Of a stretch of DNA of 64,000 bases, positions 47,615 to 57,631 are shown piece by piece. The notes under the pieces are model-generated. The model was not told the origin of the DNA. It ran no database searches and saw nothing but the letters and a program-made list of their open reading frames with translations. The DNA is from an uncultured bacterium (GTDB lineage Bacteria > Oederibacteriota > Oederibacteriia > Oederibacteriales > Oederibacteriaceae). The position numbers and the translations under genes are program-made. The stretch's first letter is position 1; the number at the start of each line of letters is the position of its first letter. The stretch is taken from assembly GCA_965112635.1 (NCBI GenBank), contig OZ218778.1:1728001-1792000 (forward strand), written 5' to 3'.

Positions 47615-48522
47615 CAATAGACAAAGGTGGATTGGTTTGATAGCATAACCCCACTATGTCGAGACAACTGCGTATCCATTATGAAGGTGCCCTGTACCAT
47701 GTGACGAGCCGGGGCAATGCCAGGGAAAAGGTGTTTTACGGCAATAAAGACAGGGAGAAATTCCTGGAGACACTGGCATTGACGGTGAAACGATTCGGAT
47801 GGCACTGCCATGCCTATTGTTTGATGACCAATCATTATCACCTTCTTATAGAAACCCCCCGAGCCAATCTATCCCAAGGGATGAGGCAGTTAAACGGGAT
47901 GTATACGCAGTATTTTAATCGGAGCCATAAAAGGGTAGGGCATTTATTTCAAGGGAGGTTCAAAAGTATCCATGTGGAAAAGGATAGGTACCTGCTGGAA
48001 TTGAGCCGTTACGTGGTGTTAAATCCGGTAAGGGCGAAGATGGTGGAGAATCCGGAGGCATGGAAATGGAGCAGTTACCGGGCCACGTCAGGGAAAGGAA
48101 AGGCTGAGGAGTATTTGCAGACAGACTGGATATTGAGCCAGTTTGGCGGGAAAAGGAAGGCGGCGCAAAAAAGATACAGGGCGTTTGTCAGGGAGGGGGT
48201 TGGGGTAGCGACAAAGCCATGGGAAAAAGTTAAAGGCCAGGTGTATTTGGGGAGCGAGGATTTTATAGAGGAGCTGAAGGGGCGGCTGAAGGATGTGGAT
48301 TTGGAGGAGGTTCCGCGGGCGCATACGGAGGTAGTAAAGAAAGGGCTTAAAGGTTTATTAAAAGGTGGAGGAACGGCAGCAGAGATCGAGGCGGCGCGGG
48401 AAGAGGGGCATACGATGAGGGCGATAGCGGAACACCTGGGGGTGCATTACACCGCGGTAACGCATAGGGTGAGGAGAAAATATAATGGCTGACGTATGTC
48501 TATTGTCAAGATGTGACCCCAA
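47598..48522 (+). mobile_element. Y1/RAYT-type transposase element bounded by 26-bp perfect inverted repeats
   Basis: ttggggtcacatcttgacaatagaca (47598-47623) and tgtctattgtcaagatgtgaccccaa (48497-48522). Confidence 0.82.
47656..48492 (+). CDS. REP-associated tyrosine (HUH, Y1) transposase with C-terminal HTH
   Basis: YHVTSRGN, YCLMTNHYHLL (HUH), HLFQGRFKS, YVVLNPVRA, W.WSSY; C-terminal IAEHLGVHYTAV HTH. Confidence 0.9.
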   Translation: MSRQLRIHYEGALYHVTSRGNAREKVFYGNKDREKFLETLALTVKRFGWHCHAYCLMTNHYHLLIETPRANLSQGMRQLNGMYTQYFNRSHKRVGHLFQGRFKSIHVEKDRYLLELSRYVVLNPVRAKMVENPEAWKWSSYRATSGKGKAEEYLQTDWILSQFGGKRKAAQKRYRAFVREGVGVATKPWEKVKGQVYLGSEDFIEELKGRLKDVDLEEVPRAHTEVVKKGLKGLLKGGGTAAEIEAAREEGHTMRAIAEHLGVHYTAVTHRVRRKYNG

Positions 48523-48537
48523 ACTCGTGAGGTGAGT

Positions 48538-49659
48538 ATGCAAGGGCCGCGAACTATCCGGTTAAAAGAGTTCCCGCAACTGGAACCTCTGTTCCATACC
48601 TGTTTTTCCATCCCCAAAAAGGATTTTGTAAAGAAATTTCCTATCCTTTTTGACAGGCAGAGAATGGACAACATGAATGTCATGGTCGAAAAGGGACGGG
48701 TGGCCTCTCACGTCGGGGCGGTCAGGCGTGCTCTGGACCTCCTGGGGACCCGGCTCCAAGCCACCTTCATCGGAGCCGTATGCACCTATCCGGCTTTTGA
48801 GGGCCAGGGGCTGGCCAGCAAACTACTACACCATGTCATCAAAAAAGACAGAAAGCAGGGCTGTGACCTATTGCTGATTTCGGGCTTTCGCGGACTTTAT
48901 CAGAGGCTTGGCGCGGCCTACGTGGGAAGGATCGCCATGCTTAAAGGGAGCGCCAGTAAGATCAAGAGACTCCTGCCTGTAAGCGTGCGCCGGACCAGGC
49001 TCAGGGACATCAAGGCCATGCACGGCCTTCACCAGCAGGAGCCTGTCCATGTGGTCAGGCCTGAGGACGACCTGAGAGTGATATGGCGGACCAAATTCGC
49101 AAGCGCCAGGGATGTGGAGTTCTATACCGTACTGCTGGCCGACAGGGTCGCCGGCTATTTTGTAGTGCCCCGGCCTTTTAGGAAAGATTCGTGGGTGGTG
49201 GAATATGCCGGTCTCAAGGCGGCTCTGGTGGAGGCATTACCGGAACTAGCCAAAAAACTCAAGGCCAAAACCTTGCAGTTCAAGGTGCCTTCAGCGGACC
49301 AGGAGATGGCCCGCCTTGTCCGGGAAGCTGGGTTTCGGCCCAGGCCGGCCGAAATGGATTTTACAGTGGTGGTTATCAATTTCCAGGGTTTGATGCACAA
49401 GTTAAAGCCGGCTTTTCAAAGAATTCTTAGGGGAGACCAGGCACGAATGTTCAAATTTAAGGAGAAAAAAGGGAAGTATATATTCAGCCTGGGAAGGGAA
49501 AAGTTTATCTGCCCGGACAGGGCCCTGCTGGCCAAGATAATTTTCGGAGACCGTAGAGGAGAGGGAATCCGGGGCGGGCCCAAAAGCAGGAATTTAAAAA
49601 AGATATTTGGAAAGATATTCCCGATAGCTTTGCCCAACGCGGGCATCAGTTTCGTTTAG
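48538..49659 (+). CDS. GNAT family N-acetyltransferase (Eis-like)
   Basis: IGAVCT.P.F.GQGLASKL acetyl-CoA motif, RGLY.RLG; ATG 48538 after GAGGTG. Confidence 0.85.
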   Translation: MQGPRTIRLKEFPQLEPLFHTCFSIPKKDFVKKFPILFDRQRMDNMNVMVEKGRVASHVGAVRRALDLLGTRLQATFIGAVCTYPAFEGQGLASKLLHHVIKKDRKQGCDLLLISGFRGLYQRLGAAYVGRIAMLKGSASKIKRLLPVSVRRTRLRDIKAMHGLHQQEPVHVVRPEDDLRVIWRTKFASARDVEFYTVLLADRVAGYFVVPRPFRKDSWVVEYAGLKAALVEALPELAKKLKAKTLQFKVPSADQEMARLVREAGFRPRPAEMDFTVVVINFQGLMHKLKPAFQRILRGDQARMFKFKEKKGKYIFSLGREKFICPDRALLAKIIFGDRRGEGIRGGPKSRNLKKIFGKIFPIALPNAGISFV

Positions 49660-52453
49660 TCCGGCCAAAAAGCAAACCAGCCAGCAAAACCAACAGCCCC
49701 GCCCCTGAAATGACCAGTCCCTTGTAAAGGGAGGACGGAACATAGTCCAGGCTTATTTCGTGGGAGCCCGGAGGCACGAGCAAACCCCTCAAAAGATAGT
49801 CGACCTGGATAAAGTTGGCTTTATTGGCGTCCACATAGGCTGACCAGCCCGGGTAGAACATTTCGCTGGCCACCAGGATAGCCGGCTGGGTGGAAGAGAA
49901 ATTCAGGATGATGCGGTCAGGGTCGTAATCCAAAACTTTTAAGGTGGCGGCCGGGTCAGGCTTGAACCGGAAGATTAGGCTGGTTTGTTCCACCAGGGCG
50001 ATGTCCAGGGGGTCAAAGGGTTGGGAGTCCGGCAACACGCCTTCGGTGACCGCCTGAAAGGACTGTTCCTCCGTGCATAGCTGGGTTTGCCGCACCAGCC
50101 AAAAACGGGGCAAAACCCTTAGGTTCTGGTAGATATCCGCATCCTGGCATTTACCCCGAAAAGCCCATTGGGACTCATCCGTGAACTTCAGGGAAAGGGG
50201 CGTGCTTATCTTTGTTATGCCGTCCCATAAAGCCGCGGCCTCGACCCTCAAGATGATATTGGGGTCCAGCAGGGTAATGACCACCCTGGTGATCTTCTGT
50301 TGGCTAGCCCAGGCAAAGCTGGAGAAATAGTGGCAACCGCCGGAGGGGCTGGGGTTAAAACCAACGGCCATGGGCGCCTGGCGATGCTGGATAGACCTGT
50401 TTTGGGGCTGGTCATAGGCCCATTCGGCGGTGTCCTGGCCGGCCAGCAGGATTTTTTGGATTTTATGGCCGGTTTCCGTCATCAGGACGACACGGGCCAC
50501 AGGTTTTTTGTCCGGGACATTGAAAGAAAGGAGCATGGTGGAAATCAGGCCCAGGCGGCTGGCACTGACAGGGGCAAAGGACAGGGAAAGCTCCGGCCTT
50601 TTGCTGAACAGCATGACCGGCTGGCGGTCGTCATGGAACACCATGCCCTGGCAGGCATAGGGATGGTCCTCCGGCCTGATGACCAAATATTTGCAATTTA
50701 ACAGGTCGAGGATTTTGGGGCTGTCCAAAAGGTCAAAGGTGTGGGGAGCGGCCAGCAGGCTGATCGCGTCCGGATTTTCCAGATAACCCAGGTCGTCGGG
50801 GATGCCTGAAGGAATGTAAGTCTCCAGGCGGTTAAAGCGATTGAGCACGGTGGGGTTAAACCCGGTCAGGCTTTCCATCTGGCAGAGCATGCCAAAATTA
50901 TCGCTGACCGCCTGGGGCCAGTTGGGGTTAAAGATGCGGTATCGGCCCAGACTATAAGTGTTGCCATCGATGTTCTCGAGAGTTTGCCTCAACTGGCTGG
51001 CCAGCGGAAGATGGTTCTGGCAGAGTGAGCGCCATCCGTAAAACTCGCCAAAGATAGCCAGGTCAAGAATGGTCAGGAGCAATAGCGCGATTTTGAGCCA
51101 AAGACTTTGTTTGGCTGTGAAAAGATAAAGCGTCAGGGCTCCAGCAGCCAGGAAACACAGGGGCAGCCAAAAGGCCGGGCTTGATGCTTTAAATCCAGGG
51201 ATCCATCCACTCCAAACCGCCAGACATCCGGAAAGGACAAGAGGAACGATGAGGACAGCGCCTAAGACCCAGTTTTTTTTATTCCACCCTGTCAGGCTCA
51301 GGCCGGACAAAACCGCTGTACCAAAACTTAGGATGAAAAGCCAGCGGGCCGGGGCGCGGAACCAGTTCAGAACCGGGACAAGGTAGATAAGCCGGGTGAA
51401 AGGGTTGTAGCGGCCAAGGCCGAGGAAGACGGAGATGACAGCCATCACGAACCAGAACAGGGCGTAGCGATTTTTTTTGGCCAGACCCAGGCCGGCCAAA
51501 GCAAGCCACAGGGGAATCATGCCGGTGTAAAAGGCGGTTTCCAGAAAATTGGTGTCGCCGGCCGGGAACAGGCCGGGAAAGAGTTCGTTGCCGGCCAGGG
51601 GCCCAAAAGCAAATGGAAAAACCAGGCAAAGAAGCTGGCGGGGCGGCAAAGAAAACGCCGTGAAATAGCTGTATTCGATGTGCTGCCTCAATTGCTGGGA
51701 CCGGATCATTTCCATGATGGGCAGGATATTGAACACGCACAGGAGAAAGCCGAGGAAAAAGAAGATGGCGGACCTGGTCAATAAGACAGTTAGGGGTCTG
51801 CCAGCTGGGGTGCCAGCAGCGAGGAAGATAATATAAGTGATACAGAGCAGCATGGTATAGAGGTAGAGCTGGTGGGCGCCGGCCAGGAAAAACACGCAGA
51901 GCACCAGGGAGCCAAGGCCGACCGTATTCCAGGAAGAGCTGGCCCGGATGCATTCTATAAGATAGAAGACCAGCGGAACCCAGGCCAGGGCCTCGACATA
52001 CATGACAAAGGAAAGACGGCCAAGGATAAACCCGCTGAGAGCGTAGGTGGTCCCGGCGAATACCGCCCCGAACGCCGAAGCTTTGATCTTGCGGCAGTAC
52101 AGAAATGTGAAAAAACCGGCCAGGCTGAGATGCAGGATGAGGGTGAGGTCCATGGCGATGGTATTGGGAAATAACAGAAAAAGAAGGCCGGAGGGATAAA
52201 AAAAGGCGGCCTGCGAATCGCCCAGGGTGGGATGGCCGCCAAAGATGAACGGGTTCCAATAGCAAACGGCGTGGTAGAGGGATGTTTCCACGGCGGCCAG
52301 GTTCTTGTAGGCGAAGTAATACTTTTGGGCATCGTGGGGGAACAGGGTCAAACCCTGGAACAGAGCCGGGGCGAAAAACGCGGTCACCAATAAAAGAAAA
52401 TAGGCCGCGACCAGCAGGTGGAGTTTGATGCCGTTTTTCAAAGCCATGCCCAA
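49646..52453 (-). CDS. YfhO-family membrane glycosyltransferase
   Basis: WNP..FGG.P......FYP, FRAPARW, C-terminal SE.FYPGW.AYVD...RG..VPPG.H.I...Y.P. Confidence 0.85.
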   Translation of the reverse strand: MGMALKNGIKLHLLVAAYFLLLVTAFFAPALFQGLTLFPHDAQKYYFAYKNLAAVETSLYHAVCYWNPFIFGGHPTLGDSQAAFFYPSGLLFLLFPNTIAMDLTLILHLSLAGFFTFLYCRKIKASAFGAVFAGTTYALSGFILGRLSFVMYVEALAWVPLVFYLIECIRASSSWNTVGLGSLVLCVFFLAGAHQLYLYTMLLCITYIIFLAAGTPAGRPLTVLLTRSAIFFFLGFLLCVFNILPIMEMIRSQQLRQHIEYSYFTAFSLPPRQLLCLVFPFAFGPLAGNELFPGLFPAGDTNFLETAFYTGMIPLWLALAGLGLAKKNRYALFWFVMAVISVFLGLGRYNPFTRLIYLVPVLNWFRAPARWLFILSFGTAVLSGLSLTGWNKKNWVLGAVLIVPLVLSGCLAVWSGWIPGFKASSPAFWLPLCFLAAGALTLYLFTAKQSLWLKIALLLLTILDLAIFGEFYGWRSLCQNHLPLASQLRQTLENIDGNTYSLGRYRIFNPNWPQAVSDNFGMLCQMESLTGFNPTVLNRFNRLETYIPSGIPDDLGYLENPDAISLLAAPHTFDLLDSPKILDLLNCKYLVIRPEDHPYACQGMVFHDDRQPVMLFSKRPELSLSFAPVSASRLGLISTMLLSFNVPDKKPVARVVLMTETGHKIQKILLAGQDTAEWAYDQPQNRSIQHRQAPMAVGFNPSPSGGCHYFSSFAWASQQKITRVVITLLDPNIILRVEAAALWDGITKISTPLSLKFTDESQWAFRGKCQDADIYQNLRVLPRFWLVRQTQLCTEEQSFQAVTEGVLPDSQPFDPLDIALVEQTSLIFRFKPDPAATLKVLDYDPDRIILNFSSTQPAILVASEMFYPGWSAYVDANKANFIQVDYLLRGLLVPPGSHEISLDYVPSSLYKGLVISGAGLLVLLAGLLFGRTKRN

Positions 52454-52563
52454 GGCCTCCCTGACAGAATTACCACCATACTAACATACAAAGTCAGGGC
52501 TAGCATTTCCGGAGGGGATGTGTTTAATTTTATTGAGGAATTATTCCGTGAAAGGACAGGTCC

Positions 52564-53238
52564 TTGAACAAGCGTTACAAAGGCGTCACTCATCTGGCTT
52601 TTGATCTTGACGGGGTGATCTATACTTCGGAAGGGTTCATCGCCCAGGCTTACGAAGAGGCGATACGCAGGGGCAAGTTGGGCCTAAAAAAGCCGACCAC
52701 CCGCCAGGTCATGGCCCAGATCGGCAAACCCATTGATATCATTTTCAAGGAGCTCTTTCCCAAGATTACGGCCGGCCAGATGAAGGTCCTGCACCGGCTC
52801 ACCCTGGAGGCCATCCGGGAAATGATCGTGGCCGACCGGGGCGAGATCTTTAAAGGCATTCCTGAGATGCTGGCCAGACTGTCCAAAAGATTCGAGCTGG
52901 CGGTCTGCTCCAACGGCCGCCGGCTGTATGTCGAGACGGTACTGTCCCAATACGGCTTGAAAAAACACTTCACCAAGATCCAGACCCTGGAGGATGTCCA
53001 GGCCAGGACCAAAGGCGAGCTGTTGGCCTACTATATCAGGGCGCACAAGACCGGAGCAAGGCAATGGCTGATGGTGGGGGACAGGCGGTCAGACTGGGAA
53101 GCCGCGGAGTTCGTAGGGTGCGGGTTTATCGGCTGTTTATGGGGGCACGCGGACAGGGAAGAGCTGGCCAGCCTGGCCCGTCCGGGTGAAGCGCAAGTTT
53201 TACTTGAAGAACCGGAACAACTCGTTAAAATCTTGTGA
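52564..53238 (+). CDS. HAD family hydrolase (phosphatase)
   Basis: FDLDGV motif I, CSNG motif II, MVGDR.SD motif IV. Confidence 0.9.
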   Translation: MNKRYKGVTHLAFDLDGVIYTSEGFIAQAYEEAIRRGKLGLKKPTTRQVMAQIGKPIDIIFKELFPKITAGQMKVLHRLTLEAIREMIVADRGEIFKGIPEMLARLSKRFELAVCSNGRRLYVETVLSQYGLKKHFTKIQTLEDVQARTKGELLAYYIRAHKTGARQWLMVGDRRSDWEAAEFVGCGFIGCLWGHADREELASLARPGEAQVLLEEPEQLVKIL

Positions 53239-54315
53239 ATGGAGAGAAATAAGCCGATGAGAAAAACCCTGGGGGTCGTCATCGCGGTCGCGGCTGTGTT
53301 CTTGGCCGCCCACCATAGTATCTGTTGGGCTGAAGGGGAGGGGCTGTCGTCATCCCAGAAGAACGCCCTCAAGCAGATCCAGACCCTTTTGTTGACCTTG
53401 CAGCCCACGACCACTCCCACACCGGTCATTACTCCCAGCGTGATGCTCACGCTCACCGCGGTCTCCTGGAAATACTCCCAGCCACAGGGCGGAGCGGACC
53501 TGCTAGGAGATCAAAAGCAAAGCAGCCAGACTTTACCGGACCAGAAGCAGGAAAGCCAAATTGTCCCTGAACAGAAGCCGGAAGCTTTTACCCTGCCGTC
53601 AGCCAAGGACGAGAATTTGCCCGCACCCATCGCGGTCGCTGAGAGCAAAACCGCCAATTTGCCGGACGCTCCCATCCCCATCAAGGAGCATTTTGCCAAC
53701 CTGGACAACTGGGTGGTCCAAACCCCCAATAATGACATGGTCCGCAGGACCCGTTACGGCATCGTCGAGGACGGCGAGGGGACCTGCCTCAGGGCCGAGA
53801 GCGACGCGTCGGGCACGACCCTGGCCTACCGGGGAACTTTTAACGTCAACCGCTTTCCCGTCCTGAAGTGGCGATGGAAAGTGGGCGATATCGTCAAGGG
53901 CGCCGACGTTAAAGATTCGGAGAAAGATGACGCGCCTTGGCGGATCATGCTGGCTTTCCAGTACACGCCCGGGAAAGGCACGTTCATGGATTCCATGGTC
54001 TACGAGCTGGGCAAGCTGATCAGCGGCGCTTACGCCCCGGACAGCGAGATGTATTATGTCTGGGCCAGCCAGGATTATAAGGAGACCGTGGTCAAGAGCA
54101 AGCGGGAAGAAAAGACCATGCTCTACCTCCTGGAAAAAGGGCCGGCCAAGGTCGGGCAATGGGTGGATGAAAAGGTCAATATTGTAGAGGATTTCCAGAA
54201 AGCTTTTGGCAGCGCACCCCCGGCCATTGTCAGCCTTAGCCTCATCAACGACACAGGCAAGACCGAAGGCCATGTGGTTTCTTACCTAAAATACATCGAA
54301 TCCAGCGAACCGTAA
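53239..54315 (+). CDS. DUF3047-like periplasmic protein with low-complexity N-terminal extension
   Basis: P.LKWRWKV, DD...R, YVW.S, W..E..N...D..KAFG..P, ND pattern; signal peptide; DQKQ.SQ tandem repeats. Confidence 0.7.
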   Translation: MERNKPMRKTLGVVIAVAAVFLAAHHSICWAEGEGLSSSQKNALKQIQTLLLTLQPTTTPTPVITPSVMLTLTAVSWKYSQPQGGADLLGDQKQSSQTLPDQKQESQIVPEQKPEAFTLPSAKDENLPAPIAVAESKTANLPDAPIPIKEHFANLDNWVVQTPNNDMVRRTRYGIVEDGEGTCLRAESDASGTTLAYRGTFNVNRFPVLKWRWKVGDIVKGADVKDSEKDDAPWRIMLAFQYTPGKGTFMDSMVYELGKLISGAYAPDSEMYYVWASQDYKETVVKSKREEKTMLYLLEKGPAKVGQWVDEKVNIVEDFQKAFGSAPPAIVSLSLINDTGKTEGHVVSYLKYIESSEP

Positions 54316-54485
54316 TCGGATCAACCCTGTTCCCGAGGATCTTTTGACCGAATTTCCAGGTCCAAGGTTACCGCTAGCCTGAGTGTAGCGAAAGAGGCCT
54401 TTTTATCATATAATTTCTTAAAGAAACCTTTCGTTGCGTCGTCCTTGGAAATGGAAAAGGGGAAATTTTAAATCTGGTCTGAGGG

Positions 54486-55781
54486 GTGCGAGTCATTAAA
54501 AATAAGCGGGTCGGTTTTCTCCTCCTATTCTACTGCGTCCTCATGACGGGGATAGTCGCGCAGGCGGACATCTATACATCTTTCACGGATCCATTCACCG
54601 GCATTCCTTATCCAAACCATTTCATTACCAGCGACGCGGCCTATCGTTATTTGGCTTTTGAAGAAGACGAAAGCGGGATATTCCCCGTACCCTCAGGTAA
54701 TCCCGCGTGTTTCTGGAATCCGGCTTCCCTCATCCACATACATCAGAGATATTTAAGCGTAGGTTTCGACAATTCCACGGAATACATCGGCGACTCGGTC
54801 CAAAAAACGACTTTTGGCAATCTAAACCCTTATGTTTCTGAAGCCTATTACATTGAGCCGCCCACCCCTTATACCATTGGAGTTGCAGCGCTGGGATGGA
54901 AGCAAGACCAAAGAAATTTCGATTTCAGCCAGGGGAATGTGGACAATTTCTACCACCGGACACACTGGTCGGGAGGCGCCGTATGGGCCTTCACCCTGCC
55001 CTATGACAATATCAGCCTGGGTTTCATGCTGGGATATGACAGGTACTTCGATGTGAAGAAAGATGATTGGGTCGGCGAGAATTACTGGGAGGAAATAAAG
55101 GGGTTTTACGGAAAGATCGGTTGTATCATCCCTGTATTTCCGGACCTTCTTGATTTCGAGAGTGTTTACAAATATGGCGGGTATATGAATACCACCCGTT
55201 CAGGCCCTTTATTCTGCGAGAAAGAACCTACTTATGACAGCGGGGGGGACGACCTTTTCGATTATTTACTCCTGGATCCCGGCGACCAGGACTGTTCCGT
55301 CAAGATGCCCGACAGCATCGGCACTCTCGTCAGGATCAAACCCGTAAACTTCATGGCGCTTTACGGCGGGATGACGAAAATATTCTGGTCCACCTACCGC
55401 TTCCAACAAATTGCGGAAGATTCCGGGGACCTCATTGTTCCTTTCCCCAACATAATACTTGCGGAAAACCTGGAGCTGGTACCCACCGGTTACTATCAGG
55501 ACATTGTGCAATGGTATGGGGGGGTCGATTTGAGGCTCCTGGATGGTATTTTTCTAAGAGCGGCTGTCCATACCGATCCTGATCCGGACCAGAGCAGCGT
55601 CTATCAGACGAACTCCATCTATGGTTTAGGGTCCCTGATCATCGACCTCGGCGGTTTTGCTATCAATGGGTCTTATATTTACGGACAGGGAACCTCCTCA
55701 GACAACTCGGTCAATGATACGGTACAAGATGTAAGGGTTGGGGTTACTTTTATGCTGGGCGGCGAGGAAAACGCGCTGTAG
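54486..55781 (+). CDS. Outer-membrane beta-barrel, FadL/PorV-like
   Basis: Signal peptide, A.FWNPASL motif, alternating aromatic strands, VRVGVTF near the C-terminus. Confidence 0.6.
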   Translation: MRVIKNKRVGFLLLFYCVLMTGIVAQADIYTSFTDPFTGIPYPNHFITSDAAYRYLAFEEDESGIFPVPSGNPACFWNPASLIHIHQRYLSVGFDNSTEYIGDSVQKTTFGNLNPYVSEAYYIEPPTPYTIGVAALGWKQDQRNFDFSQGNVDNFYHRTHWSGGAVWAFTLPYDNISLGFMLGYDRYFDVKKDDWVGENYWEEIKGFYGKIGCIIPVFPDLLDFESVYKYGGYMNTTRSGPLFCEKEPTYDSGGDDLFDYLLLDPGDQDCSVKMPDSIGTLVRIKPVNFMALYGGMTKIFWSTYRFQQIAEDSGDLIVPFPNIILAENLELVPTGYYQDIVQWYGGVDLRLLDGIFLRAAVHTDPDPDQSSVYQTNSIYGLGSLIIDLGGFAINGSYIYGQGTSSDNSVNDTVQDVRVGVTFMLGGEENAL

Positions 55782-55887
55782 TTCAGATTTTCCCTTCTGG
55801 CCGGTCTTCCAACCGGCAGGGATGGGTTGAATCCTTATCCCAGCTGCATTACACTGTGAATGATGTCGTAAACTAAGGAGCATTAAG

Positions 55888-56754
55888 ATGAAAGTCAGGA
55901 AAGCGATCATGCCGGCAGCCGGGATGGGGACCAGGTTTTTGCCCGCCACCAAGGCCCAGCCTAAAGAAATGTTGCCGGTCTATGACAAGCCGGCCATCCA
56001 GTACACCATTGAGGAGGCCGTCAAGTCGGGGATCGAAGAGATCCTTATCGTCACGGGCCGGGGCAAGCAGGCCATCGAGAACCACTTTGACCGTTCCTTT
56101 GAACTGGAATATTTCCTGAAGGAGCGCAATCAGATCAGCCTCCTCAAAGAAGTCGAGCGCATCGGCCAGCTCATCAATATTTTTTACGTACGTCAAAAGG
56201 AGCCCCTGGGACTCGGCCACGCCATCCTGTGCGGTAAAAGTTTCATTGATGAGAACGAACCCTTTGCCGTTTTCCTGGCCGACGACTTGATCGCCGGAAA
56301 AAAACCGGCCATGGCCCAGCTCACTCAAGTCTATGAACAATACGGAGAACCGGTGGTGGCCGTGGAACGGATGCCCAGGGAAAAGATCAGTCAATATGGA
56401 GTGATCGAATCGAAGTTGATCTCGTCCCGGGTTCGGGAGGTAAAGGACTTAGTCGAAAAGCCGTCCCCAGAAAAGGCGCCATCCAATTTAGCTATAGTAG
56501 GGCGTTATATCCTGACACCTGATATTTTCAAGATATTGGAAGAGACCCATGAGGGAAGGGGTGGCGAGATACAGCTCACGGACGCCTTACGACAGCTCAA
56601 CAAACGAAGGAAGATTTACGCCTGTGAATTCGAAGGCCGACGATATGACTTGGGTAACAAGCTCGAGTACACCAAGGCTTGCATAGATTTCGCTCTGGAA
56701 GATCAGGATATCAGAGGCCACTTAAAGAGTTACTTGAAGGAAATTTCTAAATGA
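55888..56754 (+). CDS. galU: UTP--glucose-1-phosphate uridylyltransferase
   Basis: PAAGMGTRFLPATKAQPKEMLP, GLGHA, VEKP, GEIQLTDA. Confidence 0.97.
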   Translation: MKVRKAIMPAAGMGTRFLPATKAQPKEMLPVYDKPAIQYTIEEAVKSGIEEILIVTGRGKQAIENHFDRSFELEYFLKERNQISLLKEVERIGQLINIFYVRQKEPLGLGHAILCGKSFIDENEPFAVFLADDLIAGKKPAMAQLTQVYEQYGEPVVAVERMPREKISQYGVIESKLISSRVREVKDLVEKPSPEKAPSNLAIVGRYILTPDIFKILEETHEGRGGEIQLTDALRQLNKRRKIYACEFEGRRYDLGNKLEYTKACIDFALEDQDIRGHLKSYLKEISK

Positions 56755-56793
56755 CCCTTCGCATGATTTTTCTCTAGGCCGCCTTAAATCCTG

Positions 56794-57528
56794 ATGAGCC
56801 GCCTTCCCGATCTTCATCGCACCCTTCTTTTTGATATTCCCGTGGACACCTTGAGCAGCGCCGAGGTATTGGCCCGTCTGCGACGCATGGTCCGCGCCCG
56901 GAAAAAGGCCTGGGTCTTGTCGGTCAATCCCCTGACGGTGATGCTGAGCCAAAACGATCCCCGGCTCAAGGAAATATTCGCGTCAGCCGAGCTGTCCGTG
57001 CCGGACGGGGTCGGAACGGTATGGGCGCTGAAGCAGTTAAAAGGCATCAAAACAGAGAGGGTGGCGGGCATAGACCTGGCCGCGTGCCTGTTCAGGGAAA
57101 AGATCAGGGTCTATCTTTTGGGCGGTCAACCCGGAGTGGCCAAAAAGGCCGGGGTGAAGATCGCGCGAAAGTTCCCCCGAGTGAGGGTCGCAGGTTGGCG
57201 GGACGGCTATTTTAAACCCATGGAAAACGCCAAGGTCATAAAGGAAATCAATCAAAGCAAGCCGGATTTGCTGATCGTCGGTATGGGACAACCCAAACAG
57301 GAGCTCTGGGTCGCCTCAAGCTTCAGGCGTCTGCCCCGATGCGTGATCCTGCCCGTGGGAGGAGCGTTGGACGTGTTCTCCGGCAGGGTCGGTCGCGCGC
57401 CGCTTTTTTGGCAGAGGACAGGTTGCGAGTGGCTGTACCGGTTCATCAGAGAACCGCAAAGAATACCAAGGTCCCTCCAGCTCGCGTCATTTGTTTTTAA
57501 GGTACTGCGCACAAAACTATTTAAGTAA
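56794..57528 (+). CDS. WecB/TagA/CpsF family glycosyltransferase
   Basis: VPDGVG.VWA, ERVAGIDL, GMG.PKQE, GGALDV.SG...RAP, EWLYR...EP.R. Confidence 0.93.
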   Translation: MSRLPDLHRTLLFDIPVDTLSSAEVLARLRRMVRARKKAWVLSVNPLTVMLSQNDPRLKEIFASAELSVPDGVGTVWALKQLKGIKTERVAGIDLAACLFREKIRVYLLGGQPGVAKKAGVKIARKFPRVRVAGWRDGYFKPMENAKVIKEINQSKPDLLIVGMGQPKQELWVASSFRRLPRCVILPVGGALDVFSGRVGRAPLFWQRTGCEWLYRFIREPQRIPRSLQLASFVFKVLRTKLFK

Positions 57529-57631
57529 TTCCAGGTTTTTGTTAGCATAGAAGCTTGAAATAAAAATTTACTTTGATATAAACCTAGTTAAGTCATTATG
57601 TTTAAAATGTACCGAAAAAAAGGGAGGAAAA

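Noticed and set aside
43808-48526. Prophage or T6SS locus
   Set aside because: No phage structural, integrase, VgrG, PAAR or Hcp genes are visible.
54423-54442. Third ECF promoter (gaaacctttcgtt)
   Set aside because: Lacks the 16-nt spacing and CGTTTAAT element of the two good copies.
57529-57631. SAM riboswitch upstream of metK
   Set aside because: AT-rich with no SAM-I/II core or stable stems visible.
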